A DNA stretch of 26,877 nucleotides from Macrostomum lignano (Eukaryota). Every line of letters starts with the position of its first letter. The first letter of the stretch is position 1. The stretch spans positions 1 through 26,877 of the forward strand of contig NIVC01005077.1 in the NCBI GenBank assembly GCA_002269645.1, in the 5' to 3' direction. Made by a program: the position numbers and the translations under genes. Below are positions 23,271 through 26,877 of this stretch, piece after piece. Below the pieces are notes generated by a model, which saw only the letters and a list, made by a program, of their open reading frames with translations, did no database searches and was not told the DNA's origin.

Positions 23271-23289
23271 GTGGGGGCAGAGCCCCCAC
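23271..23289. other. Perfect GC-rich hairpin GTGGGGGC-AGA-GCCCCCAC
   Basis: 8-bp stem with a 3-nt loop, 9 bp upstream of the CCATAGACAA motif at 23298. Confidence 0.8.
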
Positions 23290-23404
23290 TAATTGGACCA
23301 TAGACAATTTTTTAGAATACAGTTCTCTAAAAGAAAAGCTCGACCATGAAGTCTGTTAGGAAGTTAAGAACTAGAAGCAAGAAGCGAGAGAAATCGAATT
23401 AAAA

Positions 23405-24785
23405 ATGCCTCTTATCAACTGGAAAAACCTACCGGTCGACAGTTTAGATGGCGTCTCGTCTACTGAACTAGATTTTCTGAGTGAACTGAGCGCCGTGAAC
23501 CACAGTTCCGATGAAATTCTTGGAGATTTTATCGACTACCTGACTAAAATCGAGACGGCTGATGAGGGGATCATGAGGCCGCTGCGGTTTCTAGTGTCGA
23601 GCTTCCAGAACTATCTGATTTACCCAGTGCGATGGATGTTGCCGAACTGGAATCACTGCCGAGCACTACACGAGAACACATGTTTCTGTATGGCAAAATG
23701 TTCGTGGAGTTTTTGAAGAAGCATGGTGCTGTGGATGTAAGCGTGATCAGTGACAGTCGCTTGGCCGAATTTTTAAGGTTCTTTTACTTCTGTCTAAAAA
23801 AATCTGACGGCAGTTGCTATTCGCCAGCTACGTTGGTCTGCATTCGTGCTGGAGTGCAGAGGTACTTGACTCTCGTGCTGAAGCGTCGAACAAATATTAT
23901 TTCCAGTGACGAGTTCGCCACTGCCAACCGGATGCTGCGAGTAAAGGTGCGGCATTTTCATGCTGATGGAGGCACTGTCAATCAGCACGAGCCAATAGAA
24001 GAAGGTGATTTACAGAAAATGCGTGCTTATTTTGACCGTTCTACAGCAGAACGGTTGCAAGATGAAGTACTATTTACGCTGCTGTATGTCCTGGGCGAGA
24101 GAGGTCAAGAACACCTGTCAAGTCTAAAGCAAGTTGGCACGCTCCAAGAAGAATTCGACGCTGATGGGAATCCATATCTTGCGTTGCCGCCGTTAAAGAC
24201 AAAAAACCAGACTAGCGATCCAACAAAATGCAAGGGAAATCAGCGCAAACAGAGTCGGATCTACGGCGCTCAGCGGGAGTTGATCCTGCATTATCAGAGT
24301 TTGTTACCGCAGAATTCGTCCTCGTTCTTTCCGCGCCCTCTGACTAACAATTCGGGAGGACAAATTCGATTCTCTGCTACGCAAGTGCGCGGTGTCAATT
24401 GGTTGGCTGCATTCATGAAGCACATTAGTAGTGTGTGCAACCTCTCCAAGCAGTACACGAATCACTGCATACGCGTCACGCGTATTGCGGATCTTTTCGA
24501 CAAAGGAATGCCTATGGGGAGATAATGGCGGTAACAGGACAACGATCGGAGTCCACTGTTCGACGTTATCTCGCACGCAAGCGTGACAGAACCCTCAGGA
24601 AGGTTGCTACCGCTGTTAGTGACAATTTGGCCCACCAACCGATGCAACCACTAGTGCAACAGTCATGCAGCAAGCTCAAGTTGACCTGCGAAGTGTGCAA
24701 CAGCCGATGTTTGCCAACTGCCTCTTCGATGGGTGCACATTCAAATTCTAACAAAGAATATATAGCTCGTACTTATAAGTCTTAA
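23405..24785 (+). CDS. Crypton/DUF3504-like tyrosine recombinase, ~460 aa after restoring one G at each of 23566-23569 and 24516-24519
   Basis: Family motifs: YSPATLVCIRAGVQRYL, DEFATANRML, LGERGQEH (R codon 24100), KTKNQ (24196-), FFPRP, GVNWLAAFMKHIS, YTNHCIRVT (H 24463, R 24472). In the next frame (24435-24785 ORF): EIMAVTGQRSESTVRRY (Y 24567). The three ORFs 23405-, 23632- and 24435- join by two -1 shifts, each at a GGGG run. Confidence 0.88.
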
Positions 24786-24869
24786 CTGTCGAAAATCAAA
24801 TACTTTGGTATTCGTTTGCTTTGCTATATCCTCGATCTGTTTCCTGTTAAAGTTCTTGTTGCTTAAATT

Positions 24870-24875
24870 AATAAA
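24870..24875 (+). terminator. Candidate polyadenylation signal AATAAA for the recombinase transcript
   Basis: AATAAA lies 85 bp after the stop at 24785 and 24 bp before the TCTATGG motif. The motif is common in AT-rich DNA. Confidence 0.35.
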
Positions 24876-25289
24876 AACAGTGAATTTCTCGCTCATCATC
24901 TATGGCAATTTATCGTGACTTAACAGCTTCATTAAAAAATGCATTAAAAAACGATAGTCTATATGATAATGGCTATTATTTTATATAAAATCGCGGATTG
25001 CTTATTTTGGGGGTATTCCATCTGGTCGACAGCCCCCGCTGGAGATGTGTGCCCTCACAATTGAACCATAGACAAAATTTTATGCAGAAATTTCTCAAAA
25101 CATCTTAGAATTGTCATAAAGTTTTAAATCGATCTTTTGTCGCAGGCCATAGACAATGTTTTAGTATGAATTTTCATTATTACTTTCTCAAGACAGTCAG
25201 CAAGTGAAAGAATTTCTAAAAAGGAGAGAAGCGAGTGTGACAAAATTAGCCTAACTGCTTTACCGCAGATTTGTGCTATTCAATTTGCT

Positions 25290-25540
25290 ATGGCTGCTGC
25301 TGAGGAAGACTTCGACTTCTCTGATTTCTTCAACTTATTTAAGAATCCACCTGCTGCTGATGCGGTGCATCCAATCCATCTTTATCTTCAATAAGCCGTG
25401 TGGGTGAGTTGCTTGATTCGACCGACTTGGATCGCAGGATGTCCGAGAGTCTGCCGAATTCTACGCGCGCGAAGTAAAAGTGGGAAGTCAAAGTGTTTAG
25501 AACATGGAAGGAAAATCGCTACGAACTGCAGCTTAGAGAA
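25290..25540 (+). pseudogene. Decayed 5' fragment of a second, diverged Crypton/DUF3504-like gene
   Basis: Reads MAAAEEDFDFSDFFNLFKNPPAADAVHPI, then a -1 shift near 25375-25380, then SLSSISRVGELLDSTDLDRRMSESLPNSTRAK*KWEVKVFRTWKENRYELQLRE. ESLPNSTR aligns with ESLPSTTR of the first gene. K-W-x-V-x-V-F-x-x-W-x-x-x-R resembles the N-terminal motif of DUF3504-associated proteins. In-frame TAA at 25475-25477. Confidence 0.6.
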
Positions 25541-25739
25541 GTGAATGGCTTGATAGTGCTAGTCTTAAAAATTTTAAATTCGAAAATTCAAATTCAAATT
25601 CAAATTTGGCGCGAGTTCAAAAGAAAAAGAATTGTAATTTCAAACTTTTTGAACGAACCAAACGATCTAACTCACACTGCTGCACTAAAAAACTCTGCAC
25701 CAAAATGAACTGCAACTGAGTAAACTGTCACAGTGTTTT

Positions 25740-26877
25740 ACTCATGAGCGATTTTCATTGTGCTCCATTTGAAATACATATGATTCCAAAACTCATTTGC
25801 AATTTGCAACCTAAAATAATTATAATGTAATGACAATGTGCCTGCAACCTGCAAGCATCAGTAATCAGTATTGTCCTATGCCCTCATCCCTATGCTATGG
25901 CTATCTTAATATATTATTAGTTATCATTAAATAGTTTATATTGATATTTAACTAAATATAAAACAAATTAACTATTATATTTTTATTTTAGTTTTTTTCA
26001 AAATCTTAAAAATTACTTATTTACACTTACAGTTACACTATTATTAGTATTAGCATTCATTATTTAGGCCTATGCAATACTAGGCACAAGCATATAGACT
26101 TATATCTATTAAAATCTAATCTAAAATCTAACTTAGAATTTTTTTAACCTTGCATTGTAGCTTGTAGTTCTAGTTAGAATCTGTATAAGTACTTGACTCA
26201 ATACTCAAACTGGAGTAATTGACCTTTATTAGGCTATTTTTCTAATATTTAAACTTAGAAATTTCTTTAAAAGATATTTCTCATAGGCCTACTCAATAGT
26301 TTAGATAAGTCAGTCAAATTAAATAGTTAATAGGGCTAAGATTAAGTTGCCCATTTAATGATACCTTTAAATTTAAATAAGTGGTGTTATATTATATATT
26401 ATCTACATAACAAATATGTTTAAAAAATAAGAATTATTTTTTACTTTTAACAAAATGGTTTATTTATCTATCAATTTTGCACTACAAAAGGTATTTGACC
26501 TGATATGCTTAATACATAAATCATAATTGAGCTGTTGAGGCCTTCATTAATGTATATTTTTTATGTGTTTAGTATAATAATCTAAACTATGGGATAATTT
26601 TTTGTTAATCTTATTAGCATTTTCAAATGTTTAATTTCTGTATATTCTATGTTTCATATAGTTTTTTAGATTAAAACAAAAATAGTGCATAGTTAACATA
26701 TAGTTAGCATAGATTTATTCCTCAAAAATATTTTGATATATACTATGCTATTTTCCTGACTTTTTATTTATTGTCTGACTTATAATAGTAATAAAATATA
26801 TTATAATTCTATAGTCTAACAATAGCCAGTTACAAACTTCTCAAGCTCAACTTAACTATTTAATTTTTTGTTAACTA
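25740..26877. other. Very AT-rich non-coding (intronic/intergenic) sequence
   Basis: Visibly A/T-dominated; the ORF track lists no ORF here. Confidence 0.7.

Larger units (their letters stand above)
23298..24905 (+). mobile_element. Crypton-type tyrosine-recombinase DNA transposon (boundaries tentative)
   Basis: A single intronless YR gene bracketed by CCATAGA (23298) and its reverse complement TCTATGG (24899-24905). No transposase, RT or other element protein is present. The true ends may extend to 23105 or to 25075. Confidence 0.55.

Noticed and set aside
23560-24525. Programmed -1 ribosomal frameshifting in the recombinase
   Set aside because: Neither site has an X XXY YYZ slippery heptamer, and the same 1-bp loss pattern occurs in the unrelated GPCR. 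Sequencing error or mutation is simpler.
23794-24754. Minus-strand ORFs overlapping the recombinase; also antisense ORFs 2251-2433, 2579-2782, 2835-3059 and + ORF 4168-4422
   Set aside because: These are shadow ORFs opposite well-supported coding sequence.
25584-25607. (AAATTC)n as a telomere-like repeat; ORF 25493-25708 as a complete gene
   Set aside because: Only about four copies in AT-rich DNA. Only the first ~16 codons of the ORF resemble the Crypton motif, and the rest is low-complexity.

Overview
Eukaryotic (metazoan, probably invertebrate) genomic DNA with spliceosomal signals. About 60% of the window is tandem repeat. From left to right: (1) an uninterrupted, divergent class A GPCR reading frame on + (1457-3003), split by one 1-bp frameshift in TM7; (2) a (GACA)n microsatellite; (3) one internal exon of Elongator subunit ELP1/IKBKAP on - (4744-4072), with no neighbouring ELP1 exon recognisable in the window; (4) a ~44-bp G-rich minisatellite with a ~920-bp higher-order duplication; (5) a 12.7-kb, apparently invariant array of a 118-bp unit (107.6 copies, 7134-19832); (6) a probable small two-exon + strand gene whose intron is a 19-bp minisatellite; (7) a foldback inverted repeat; (8) a near-complete Crypton-type (DUF3504-like) tyrosine recombinase gene, 23405-24785, broken by two -1 frameshifts at GGGG runs and surrounded by five CCATAGA motifs; (9) the decayed 5' end of a second, diverged Crypton-like gene (~25290-25540); (10) AT-rich non-coding DNA. 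No CRISPR array, rRNA or tRNA is supported. Family assignments come from motif recognition by eye, not from database searches.
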